Source: Ruditapes philippinarum (Eukaryota). Taken from it: a stretch of 53,284 bases of DNA. The notes below the pieces were generated by a model, which saw only the letters and a list, made by a program, of their open reading frames with translations, was not told the DNA's origin and did no database searches. Location: positions 124,001 through 177,284 of the forward strand of contig NW_026860139.1 of NCBI RefSeq assembly GCF_026571515.1. Reading direction: 5' to 3'. Of this stretch, positions 40,201-51,894 are shown one piece after another. The position numbers and the translations under genes were made by a program. Position 1 is the first letter of the stretch, and each line of letters begins with the position of its first letter.

Positions 40201-43200
40201 AAAATCAAAGGGTAAGTCTTCATTAATCTTAATTTGCATTAATTATTCAAAGTGTCAACAATGTCACTTATTGTCTCTCACCGCTGATTCAGAAATTATG
40301 TGTGGGATTAGTAGTCAGTCACTTGCAGAAATTGGTAATCCGGAAAGCCAGTTAGATATGACAAAAAATGATCAGGCTTAAGAAATAGACATATTGTACT
40401 GAAAGTAAATATATTTTAAAAATACATTATATATACATGTACTGTGAAAAACCAGTAACTTAATTTATGTGATTTCATTTGATTTAGATGCCAGCAAGTC
40501 ACCTCCTCCAGTTTTGTTAGAGTGTTTTGTAGACTGGATCTCAGCTGATTCTTGTTTGTGTTCAGACTCTGTAAGACTTGTGCGTATCCAGTCAACATTT
40601 ACCTGTCCAATCGGTGGACTGGTACGCTGGTGCATTCTTGGACCTCTTGTGACAAATAGTATTGATGCAGACACAAAAACTTCAGAAATAGTAAAAAGTG
40701 AAAGACCTAGTGCTTCAAAGACAGGGAAATTCTCTTCTGAGAAATTGCAGAGTTTATTTTCAAGGTTACACCTTGCAGTGCTTCAAAGCTTACAAGCTTA
40801 TAAAAGTATGGGACTCCAAGAGCAACTTTTGACATTTACAGATCTATTTATAGTGTCAAAGACACTAGCAGTATTTTATAAAGGTGGACAATGCACAGAG
40901 CAGTTATTGTCTGTTGTAAATATTTCCACAGACAGACTTTCTCAAATTATACAGGTTGCGTTGACTACCAACAGTCTTTCAGGTAATATCATGCTGTAAT
41001 TCTATTTTATATCATATTTAACAAGCTTCTATGGTTGGAGATCAAATTGTTGAATTTTGCATAAATTAGGTTAAATCACTTTGTTATTTATGTAATGATT
41101 TGATTCATACTTGGACAAAACAACTCATATGACAAAACCTTTGAAAAGATTTGAAAAGGCAACATACATGTATATGATAAAACCAAAATGCAGAATGATT
41201 TAAATATGATATTGACCTTAAAATGACCCTGACCATGAAGGTAGGATTATATAATTTGTCAAAATCGTCATTACTTCTTCTGCATAAATTGACACTAAAG
41301 ACAACATTAGTATATTAGATACAATTCATGTATGACCGTGGAAACAAACTTTTGATTAAACTTTGTGCAGAGAAATGATCTTTTTTGAAAACCCATCACG
41401 TCAATATTCATATTCGGAAATGTTTATTTATAAGTTTTAGCTTGATGATAAAAGCATATTTAGTGTTTACCTTTATAAGCCTTCATGGTCAAGTGGTTTA
41501 GTGTTAACTTCTAACCAGTTGCCCCTTTCTTCTGAGGATTAATATATTACATAGAGGTCTTCCTCCATCAGTAAGTCACCTTATGTCACCATATGACCAT
41601 AGCTATGTTATGTGAAACTAAAAAAAAATGCCAATGGCTACAATGTTGATAATTAACTAGCTGATAAATTTCATCAATTATTTCAGAAAAGTTTGACATA
41701 CGCCAAGTGTGTGAAGGACTACCACAGAACAGGTATATATCCAACCATTAAGATATGATAAATATTAGATCTTACACAAATTGAATTTTCATGTAGAATT
41801 AAGTTATGTTTAACAAGTCTTGGTAAGTGTTATTTAGCATGGCTTTTTAACCTTGACCTTGCTGGCAACAACCGAATCAACCAATTAAGCAGTCCAGACC
41901 AAGATCAGCCTGTACACCTTTGCTATCTGATCATGGTCTGCGCTGTTCTCTATTCAGTCAGCACATATTTTTAATTTTCCCCAAAAATTTATGTTTTATC
42001 CAGATAAAGAGATGAACAACTCAATTTTTTAGCTCAATTATTGAAGAATAGGGAGAGCTATTGTACTCATCCAGGCATTGTGTGTCAATGTTAGCATTAG
42101 TGTCTCACTTTGATTAAGTTATTGTGTGCAAGTTGGTATCTCAAAAACTACTGAAGGGAATGGGTTGAAGGGTTGAAATGTCATACACTTATATGAGAGC
42201 ATAATAGGAGGTCACTAAGGCCAATAACTGACATGCATTATGACTGACAGAATTTTGACCCCTTTTGAACTCAATTTTTTTTACAGTATCCAGGCTCTTG
42301 GCTGAGAATACTGCCCTTCCAAAATCACTTGTAGATATTTAATACTGGGTTAATTTGTTAAGGGTTTATACTGTCTGTATGTAAGAAATGACAATCAATG
42401 TAGGTTTTTGTGTCGCCTCTACGGAGTAGTGGCGACATATAGGGATCACTTCTCCGTCGTCTGTCTGTCCGTCTGTCCGTCACAAAACTTGTCCGGACTA
42501 CTCCTCATAAACTACTGGTGCAATTTCATCCAAACTTTACAGGAATGATCAGTATCAAGTCTAGTTGTGCATATTGTCAGCATTTTCCGGTTCAATGATT
42601 TTTGGCAGAGTTATGGCCCTTTAATAATTTTTAATTTTAAAGTTTGTCCGGACTACTTCTCTTATACCACTAAAGCAATTTCAATGAAACTTTACAGGAT
42701 TGATCTGTAGCTCAAGTCCTTGCGCATATTGCAAGGGTTTTCCGGTTGAATGATTTTTGGCCGAGTTATGGCCCTTTGATAAAAAAGGTGTATTTTTCTG
42801 TGTGTTGCCAGATACACAAAACTTGTCCGGACTACTCCTCATAAACTACTGGTGCAATTTCATCCAAACTTTACAGGAATGATCAGTACCAAGGGTAGTT
42901 GTGCATATTGTCAGCATTTTCCGGTTCAATGATTTTTGGCAGAGTTATGGCCCTTTAATAATTTTTAATTTTAAAGTTTGTCCGGACTACTTCTCTTATA
43001 CCACTAAAGCAATTTCAATGAAACTTTACAGGATTGATCTGTAGCTCAAGTCCTTGCGCATATTGCAAGGGTTTTCCGGTTGAATGATTTTTGGCCGAGT
43101 TATGGCCCTTTGATAAAAAAGGTGTATTTTTCTGTGTGTTGCCAGATACACAAAAGCTTGTCCGGACTACTCCTCATAAACTACTGGTGCAATTTCATCT

Positions 43201-44363
43201 AAACTTTACAGGAATGATCAGTACCAAGGGTAGTTGTGCATATTATCAGCATTTTCCGGTTCAATGATTTTTGTCAGAGTTATGGCCCTTTAATAATTTT
43301 TATTTTTAAAGTTTGTCCGGACTACTTCTCTTATACCACTAAAGAAATTTCAATGAAACTTTACAGAATTGATCTGTAGCTCAAGTCCTTGCGCATATTG
43401 CAAGGGTTTTCCGGTTGAATGATTTTTGGCCGAGTTATGGCCCTTTGATAAAAAAGGTGTATTTTTCTGTGTGTTGCCAGATACACAAAACTTGTCCGGA
43501 CTACTCCTCATAAACTACTGGTGCAATTTTATCCAAACTTTACAGGAATGATCAGTACCAAGTCTAGTTGTGCACTGTCCGTCTGTCTGTCCGTCTGTCA
43601 CAAACTTTGTCCCAACATGAAATTGGCCATCATGAGGCGACACATGTGATTACTGATCGCTCTTGTTTTATCACATGATGGTATAAAGGCAGATATTATA
43701 GAAAGTGGCAAAATCATTATGTGACAACCAAATGTGTATTACACAGTCATGTGTAATATTAAGATATGCATTATGGTTATATTGTGTTTAACAAAAAAAA
43801 AATGAGAAAAAAGTAATTTCATGCACAACAGTAACTTCTTAATGTTTGACTGTTTACCTACTTAAAAATCTATCCAGGCCACTAGAAATTCTTTTATTTA
43901 ATACCTTTACCATCATATTTAGGAATCTTGTACATGTTGTATGATAAATGATGTTGATTGCTAGATTGCAATTGGGGATATTAAAATAAAATAAGAAAAG
44001 TATGCACCATTATTTCGCATCAAGTATTATAAGACCAACTAATGCCCTGACGCCTCACGAAAAACATGCCTAATATCTTATTATTAAGTAAACAAAAAAT
44101 TCAACAATAGCAGAAAATTATTTTTAACAAATTTGTCTTTGTTCCTGTAGCAGTCGTACTGTTCATCTGGTAAATTAAGATATCATATCATTTGTAGAGC
44201 TTAGCATTTTGAGAATTCCCCTCTTTTCATAGTGTAAACTGAAAATTATGTTATAAAGCTCAACAAGTCTTTTATGTTTGTTTCATTTGTTGTATTTTTC
44301 AGGTTGTTGCAAATGATTGTGTCAATGAGATATGGAAAACAAGAAGCAATGGATTTATCATGA
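37222..44363 (+). CDS. INTS15: Integrator complex subunit 15 (C7orf26 homolog), 6 coding exons, 393 aa
   Basis: Exons 37222-37422, 38885-39094, 39379-39547, 40488-40982, 41687-41732, 44303-44363 splice in frame (1182 nt). Motifs KLNSVNELQLLEMLC, LMTKLVSMAISISCSPVLGCAALWMQ, LAQKLVDDYC, PPPVLLECFVDWI, PIGGLVRWCILGPL, SRLHLAVLQSL and LPQNRLLQMIV match my recollection of human C7orf26/INTS15 (LNSLQELQLLEIMC, LLGKLVSMAVA..PVLECAASWLQ, ALVDDYC, PLVGLIRWCVKAPL, LPHNNLLQLVI). Confidence 0.92.
37466..38342 (-). mobile_element. HINE/Helentron-like element in an INTS15 intron, 146-bp duplicated core
   Basis: aaccaggttttca..tgaaaatcctggtt hairpin; (GGCG/GGAT)n tract; identical units at ~37579 and ~37725; distal tgaaaacctggtt..cttgtt. 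Confidence 0.8.
42028..42322 (-). mobile_element. Short degenerate relative of the 30318-31578 family
   Basis: tagctcaattattgaagaatagggagagctattgtactc matches the hairpin end of 30318; one degenerate core unit. Confidence 0.55.
42408..43668 (-). mobile_element. HINE/Helentron-like element with ~334-bp dimeric higher-order core
   Basis: tgtcgcc..ggcgaca hairpin; (GTCT/GTCC)n tract; alternating subunits cttgtccggactactcctc (~42485, 42818, 43154, 43488) and tttgtccggactacttctc (~42640, 42974, 43309); distal aggcgaca..ctcttgtt. Confidence 0.85.
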
Positions 44364-44402
44364 GACATTTATAGCTTAAGTGTGTCAGCTTTCTTCATAG
44401 AA

Positions 44403-44468
44403 AATAAAAATGACTATACAAATACCCTGTATAGCATTAAAGTTTCAATGAATAAATAAATAAATAAA
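44403..44468 (+). terminator. Candidate polyadenylation signals of INTS15
   Basis: AATAAA at 44403 and overlapping aataaataaataaataaa at 44451-44468, 40-100 nt after the stop codon. Confidence 0.55.
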
Positions 44469-44875
44469 ATAGTCAGATAGGTTGTTGCTCATATCCTTTG
44501 CATCAATAATGTAATGTGCGATACTTTCATGCCTTCACTAAAAAAGCGCCAGATCATATACTGCGACAGGGTGGTATGTCCATATATATTTAAGTCGCGT
44601 TTACCTTATTTGGTTAATGTACTGAAAAGGTTAAAGCCATGGTCTATATACATTGTTTCCACATTGTTTCAAACTTCGAATACACAGCTTTAAGTAATCT
44701 GTTCTTATCTCTAATGAAGACCAACACCATCTATTTTTTCGTATTTTATTCATAATATTGTAATCAAATAACACATCGTAGCATTTAATGACCAAACAGT
44801 CTCTTTGAAACATTTGAAAGTGAATTGTGTTTTTCTTTTAACTATCTTTTACTAAATGTTGTGTTCTTTCATTAA

Positions 44876-45669
44876 GGTATTAAGACCCTAATGGGCACTA
44901 TCAGAAACTAAAAAATTGACATCATAAGTCAGATGTATACCTTAAAATACACCTGTATGCAAAATTTAAACAAAGTTTACCGTACGGAAATCAAGTTATG
45001 GCCATTTTTCTGAACTCAAGCTAGGATGTTATGAGGGCCCTTTTTTAGAAAGTAGGAACCTTAAAATAATCTGCAATAACATTCTAATAAGAAATGTTTT
45101 CCCATTCATTTTTGGTAAGAAACAAATAGTACCATTCAGCTAACAATCCAAATAAGCAAAATTATGGTTTCTACTTCAAATTTATGAAATATGTATAAAA
45201 ATGTTACCCTACCCCACCCATTTTTACCACGTGTCTGACCATTTTTCTACTTAGGGAGCTTAATTTAAAAAATTCTTAAAATTGACCCAAATGAGGGCCT
45301 GTTTTCAAAGTTTTCCTAAATTTTTAAAATAGTATATTGGTTGATCTTGTAAAATATGAAAGACTTTTACTGTCTAGTTTTGATTATATTACACTTTGAA
45401 AATATCAGGTACCATATTTATTACTAGATTTAGCATAATTTAGCCAATAAATACCTATATAAATTAAGAAATCAAAATTAAACACTTTTTTCTTTCTAAA
45501 TGGGACATGAGAGATACATAAATAATGTTAAAAGAAAAAAAGAAAGAAAAAAAAAGTTGACCCTTCTGGGGATTGAACCCATGGCTCTCATTTTCAATGT
45601 AGTTAACAGTAGTTCTAGCCTATTTGAATACTCTTCAAAGCGGAGGTAATGCATTAGGGTGCTAATACC
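44876..45669. mobile_element. Kolobok-type non-autonomous DNA transposon (794 bp)
   Basis: TIRs GGTATTAAGACCCTAATG / revcomp GGTATTAGCACCCTAATG; TTAA on both sides (44872-44875, 45670-45673); RR..YY termini; empty site with a single TTAA at 49086-49089. Confidence 0.85.
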
Positions 45670-46612
45670 TTAAATGACCACTTGTCAATAGATTTCGTAT
45701 TTTGCAACACCGGTTCTTTATTGAGAGGTTATCCAGTATGTAGTCCTTAAACAGCCTAATTGTAATAGTTGAATATATTTCTATATTATTTTGTTTCCAT
45801 CTTTTCATATTTGAAAAAAAATGTGTGATCTTTACAATATCACTATGTTTACGAAGACTGGCCTTTATTGACAGGTTATACAGTATGTCATAATAATAGA
45901 GGTTTCTTCACAGCCATCTGATAGTTAAATTTAATGTATAGTTTTTATGCATTATCTGTTAATTTTTTAATCTTGTCTTATTATTAAATGTCAATAAAGG
46001 CCATATTTATATTTCCTAAAGAATGGTTTTTACTGAGAGGTTTTACAGTATAGCACGATGACCCCTTAAACAGTCTCAATAAAACATTTAAAAGTGAATT
46101 ATGTTTTTCTTTGACTGAATGTTATGTTCTTTCATTAAATGACCACTTGTCAATATATTTTGTATTTTGCAAGACCGGTCTTTATTGAGAGGTTATGCTG
46201 TATGTCATTCTTAAACAGATTCATTGTAGCATTTAAATATACTTTAATATACATTATGTTTGTTTTCATCTTTTCTTATTTGAAAAATGTGTGCTCTTTA
46301 CATTATCACTTGCCAATACAGTCCATGTTTACCAAGACAGGTTATACAGTATGTCATAATATAAGAGGTTTCTTCAAAGCTATCGCATAAGTTCATATCT
46401 GTTTCAAACTAAATCGTTACACACTTTTGATATTTCTATTACACAGCTTAGCATTCTTAATTCTAATAAAGACCAACACCATCTATTTTTTTGTATTTTA
46501 TTCATAATATTGTAATCAAATAACACATTTTAGCACAGCAGTAACAACAAGTTTACACAACAACAAAATAATGTATGAAAAGCACTAAAAAGGCACATTG
46601 TATTCTGTATTA

Positions 46613-47466
46613 TCAATCACATCTGGACAACTCACAAACCACGCTGGTCCACACTCCGGCAGCCCTATCTTGGAACGTTTGCCCACTTGTTGCTGATGAT
46701 GAAGTGTTAATATTCATCTGTACATTATCGTCTGCTTCTAAACTGGACTTGATCGCTGATGCTGTCTTTTGTACCTGAAATGATTAACAATTGAATATAA
46801 AATGATTTATTCGAACGGTGAGATGATGAGGCTTTTATGTAATGCAGTTTTACATAACTATCTAATGTTATTTTTAAATAGGCAAAATATAATTAAGTTT
46901 GTACTGATAATTCGATCTGAAATTTATTAATAGTTGAATATGAACATATATGAAATCTGCTAACGAAAAACGACAAACGTAAGTACTACAGGTATAGTTC
47001 TTTCGAATACTTTAAGCGTTATATCTGTTTAACATACCTCAGTCCATTTTCTGCTGGAATACTGCTTGTACATGTGACACACTCCTTCGTTGACAGACAA
47101 ACGGAGAAGTAGACGAAGATGATGAGACTGTTTATCTTCTATGACTGACATCATACTCTGCTGGTCCACATTGGCTATAGCATTCTCTGAAAAAAAGAAT
47201 AAGAATAGAGTTTGAGAGCTGTTCTGCATTTATATGTAATGTAGTATATGCAATATTTAGCTTAATGTACAAGATGAAAATGAATATTTGTAGTTTCTTT
47301 CATTATTAATTCTAACAATTTTTAACTTCAGAACGCTTTATAATGATAAGAGCTTCATGTAAATGTAATGAGTATTGTTCTTACCAAGTTGTGATACAGT
47401 CATATCACTGTTGTGAAGAACCACCAACTTGTTGCGAAGACAACACGCTGCTGAGATAATGTCCAT
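46613..47466 (-). CDS. Uncharacterised 130-aa protein, 3 exons, copy 1
   Basis: Exons 47385-47466 (82 nt, donor gtaag), 47038-47186 (149 nt, ttttttcag / gtatgt) and 46613-46774 (162 nt, tttcag .. TGA) join in frame: MDIISAACCLRNKLVVLHNSDMTVSQLENAIANVDQQSMMSVIEDKQSHHLRLLLRLSVNEGVCHMYKQYSSRKWTEVQKTASAIKSSLEADDNVQMNINTSSSATSGQTFQDRAAGVWTSVVCELSRCD. The exons are GC-richer than their flanks; AATAAA on the minus strand at 46497-46502. Confidence 0.75.
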
Positions 47467-50028
47467 GCTGATTTATTTGTAGGCAGATGAAGTCTATTAT
47501 ATATTATAAGACTATGAATTTTGTGTATTAAGGTAATGACCTGGCTTGGTGTAATTTTGCTCAGTGTATATTTTATGAGGTAAAAGGTTTTATGGCTTGG
47601 GTCTTGTGCCGTCTGGATATTTATACTGCAATGGTCCATTGTTTTACAGTTTGCATTTTAATTGTTTCGTTAATTTACTTTAATAAGTTGAACACTGCTT
47701 ATTGCAGAGAGATATTTTTCTTTTGATCACATGTACATAAAAGGAAGATCAAACAAAGTTAATGGCCATTTAAAATCAATCATCATTTAATTGTTTGATA
47801 ATTGGATTTTTATTAATAATAATTAAAGGCTTTAATTGCGTATTTCTAATTAATTAGTTAATCAGCAAAGTAATTAGTCGAATTAAAACGATTACCAAAA
47901 ATGATTGCTTAATTCAAATTTAAAATTATACTGAAAACATATTCGTTGTTACTGCGTTTTGTTGCTTAAGTTTATCTGCATTTATTGTGAACTCTTACTT
48001 TACAACCGGAACATAAATATTGTAAAATATTATTTTGTAAACCCCTAATGTATTTTATTAATACCTGGGTGAATAAAGATATTTGAATTGAAGAATATTA
48101 TGAATAACAATATATATTATAAATGCCAGTATTTCGAACAGTAGAACGAATTATAGTCCTCGGAAGACAATTTGTCAATAGAATCCATAATAATATTTCC
48201 TAAAAAATCGTTTTTATTGACAGGCTTTTACAGTACAGCTTGCTTAACGGGGGACGTCTTAAAACAGTTTCATTGAACTATTTGAATGTGAATTATATAT
48301 CTTTTAACTATTATTTTAATGAGTGTTGTGTTCTTTCCTTGTATGACCAGTTTTCAATAGATAGGCCTTTATTGAGAGGTTATACACTATGTTATGCCCG
48401 ATGAAGCAGTCTTTAAACAGCGTAGTCGTAGCATTTAATGACCACTTGTTAATAAAGACCATATTTATATTTCCTAAAGAATGGTTTTTAATGAGAGGTT
48501 TTACAGTAAAGCACGATCACAGTCTCTTTGAAACATTTAAAAGTGAATTGTGTTTTTCTTTTAACTATCTTTTACTAAATGTTGTGTTCTTTTATTAAAT
48601 GACCACTTGTCAATAGATTTCGTATTTCGCAAAACCGGTCTTTATTGAGAGGTTATCCAGTATGTAATCCTTAAACAGCGTAATTTTAACAGTTGAATAT
48701 ATTTTAACATTATGTTTGTTTTTATCTTTTCATATTTGAAAAAAATGTGTGCTCTTTACATTATCACCATGTTTACAAAGACTGGCCTTTATTGACAGGT
48801 TATACAGTATGTCATAATAATTGAGGTTTCTTCACAGCCATCTTATGGTTATATTTAATGTACAGTATGTATGCTTTAACTTCTTATGTTTGAATCTTGT
48901 CTTTTTATTAAATGACCACTTGTCAATAAAGGCCATATTTATATTTCCTATAGAATGGTCTTTACTAAGAGGTTTTATAGTAAAGTGCGATGACGGAGGA
49001 CTCCTTAAAACAGTCTCTTTGAAACATTTGAAAGTGAATTGTGTTTTTCTTTTAACTATCTTTTACTGAATGTTGTGTTCTTTCATTAAATGACCACTTG
49101 TCAATAGATTTCGTATTTTGCAACACCGGTTCTTTATTGAGAGGTTATCCAGTATGTAGTCCTTAAACAGCCTAATTGTAATAGTTGAATATATTTCTAT
49201 ATTATTTTGTTTCCATCTTTTCATATTTGAAAAAAAATGTGTGATCTTTACAATATCACTATGTTTACGAAGACTGGCCTTTATTGACAGGTTATACAGT
49301 ATGTCATAATAATAGAGGTTTCTTCACAGCCATCTGATAGTTAAATTTAATGTATAGTATTTATGCATTATCTGTTAATTTTTTAATCTTGTCTTATTAT
49401 TAAATGTCAATAAAGGCCATATTTATATTTCCTAAAGAATGGTTTTTACTGAGAGGTTTTACAGTATAGCACGATGACCCCTTAAACAGTCTCAATAAAA
49501 CATTTAAAAGTGAATTATGTTTTTCTTTGACTGAATGTTATGTTCTTTCATTAAATGACCACTTGTCAATATATTTTGTATTTTGCAAGACCGGTCTTTA
49601 TTGAGAGGTTATGCTGTATGTCATTCTTAAACAGATTCATTGTAGCATTTAAATATACTTTAATATACATTATGTTTGTTTTCATCTTTTCTTATTTGAA
49701 AAATGTGTGCTCTTTACATTATCACTTGCCAATACAGTCCATGTTTACCAAGACAGGTTATACAGTATGTCATAATATAAGAGGTTTCTTCAAAGCTATC
49801 GCATAAGTTCATATCTGTTTCAAACTAAATCGTTACACACTTTTGATATTTCTATTACACAGCTTAGCATTCTTAATTCTAATAAAGACCAACACCATCT
49901 ATTTTTTTGTATTTTATTCATAATATTGTAATCAAATAACACATTTTAGCACAGCAGTAACAACAAGTTTACACAACAACAAAATAATATATGAAAAGCA
50001 CTAAAAAGGCACATTGTATTCTGTATTA

Positions 50029-50882
50029 TCAATCACATCTGGACAACTCACAAACCACGCTGGTCCACACTCCGGCAGCCCTATCTTGGAACGTTTGCCC
50101 ACTTGTTGCTGATGATGAAGTGTTAATATTCATCTGTACATTATCGTCTGCTTCTAAACTGGACTTGATCGCTGATGCTGTCTTTTGTACCTGAAATGAT
50201 TAACAATTGAATATAAAATGATTTATTCGAACGGTGAAATGATGAGGCTTTTATGTAATGCAGTTTTACATAACTATCTAATGTTATTTTTAAATAGGCA
50301 AAATATAATTAAGTTAGTACTGATAATTCGATCTGAAATTTATTAATAGTTGAATATGAACATATATGAAATCTGCTAACGAAAAACGACAAACGTAAGT
50401 ACTACAGGTATAGTTCTTTCGAATACTTTAAGCGTTATATCTGTTTAACATACCTCAGTCCATTTTCTGCTGGAATACTGCTTGTACATGTGACACACTC
50501 CTTCGTTGACAGACAAACGGAGAAGTAGACGAAGATGATGAGACTGTTTATCTTCTATGACTGACATCATACTCTGCTGGTCCACATTGGCTATAGCATT
50601 CTCTGAAAAAAAGAATAAGAATAGAGTTTGAGAGCTGTTCTGCATTTATATGTAATGTAGTATATGCAATATTTAGCTTAATGTACAAGATGAAAATGAA
50701 TATTTGTAGTTTCTTTCATTATTAATTCTAACAATTTTTAACTTCAGAACGCTTTATAATGATAAGAGCTACATGTAAATGTAATGAGTATTGTTCTTAC
50801 CAAGTTGTGATACAGTCATATCACTGTTGTGAAGAGCCACCAACTTGTTGCGAAGAAAACACGCTGCTGAGATAATGTCCAT
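50029..50882 (-). CDS. Uncharacterised 130-aa protein, 3 exons, copy 2 (C9F and V16A relative to copy 1)
   Basis: Exons 50801-50882, 50454-50602 and 50029-50190, offset 3416 bp from copy 1; splice sites and frame intact. Confidence 0.75.
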
Positions 50883-51894
50883 GCTGATTTATTTGTAGGC
50901 AGATGAAGTCTATTATATATTATAAGACTATGAATTTTGTGTATTAAGGTAATGACCTGGCTTGGTATAATTTTGCTCAGTGTATATTTTATGAGGTAAA
51001 AGGTTTTATGGCTTGGGTCTTGTGCCGTCTGGATATTTATACTGCAATGGTCCATTGTTTTACAGTTTGCATTTTAATTGTTTCGTTAATTTACTTTAAT
51101 AAGTTGAACACTGCTTATTGCAGAGAGATATTTTTCTTTTGATCACATGTACATAAAAGGAAGATCAAACAAAGTTAATGGCCATTTAAAATCAATCATC
51201 ATTTAATTGTTTGATAATTGGATTTTTATTAATAATAATTAAAGGCTTTAATTGCGTATTTCTAATTAATTAGTTAATCAGCAAAGTAATTAGTCGAATT
51301 AAAACGATTACCAAAAATGATTGCTTAATTCAAATTTAAAATTATACTGAAAACATATTCGTTGTTACTGCGTTTTGTTGCTTAAGTTTATCTGCATTTA
51401 TTGTGAACTCTTACTTTACAACCGGAACATAAATATTGTAAAATATTATTTTGTAAACCCCTTATGTATTTTATTAATACCTGGGTGAATAAAGATATCT
51501 GAATTGAAGAATATTATGAATAACTAAATGCCAGTATTTCGAACAGTAGAACGAATTATAGTCTTCGGAAGACAATTTGTCAATAGAATCCATAATTATA
51601 TTTCCTAAAAAATCGTTTTTATTGACAGGCTTTTACAGTACAGCTTGCTTAACGGGGGACGTCTTATAACAGTTTCATTGAACTATTTGAATGTGAATTA
51701 TATATCTTTTAACTATTATTTTAATGAGTGTTGTATTCTTTCCTTGTATGACCAGTTTTCAATAGATAGGCCTTTATTGAGAGGTTATACACTATGTTAT
51801 GCCTGATGAAGCAGTCTTTAAACAGCGTAGTCGTTAGCATTTAATGACCACTTGTTAATAAAGACCATATTTATATTTCCTAAAGAATGGTTTT

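Noticed and set aside
40465-40674. Minus-strand ORFs
   Set aside because: Antisense to the fourth INTS15 coding exon.
46575-46778. Plus-strand 67-aa ORF and its duplicate at 49991-50194
   Set aside because: Antisense shadow of exon 3 of the minus-strand orphan gene.
47400-47639. Minus-strand 79-aa ORF and its duplicate at 50816-51055
   Set aside because: Different frame from the exon that splices in phase; no recognisable features.
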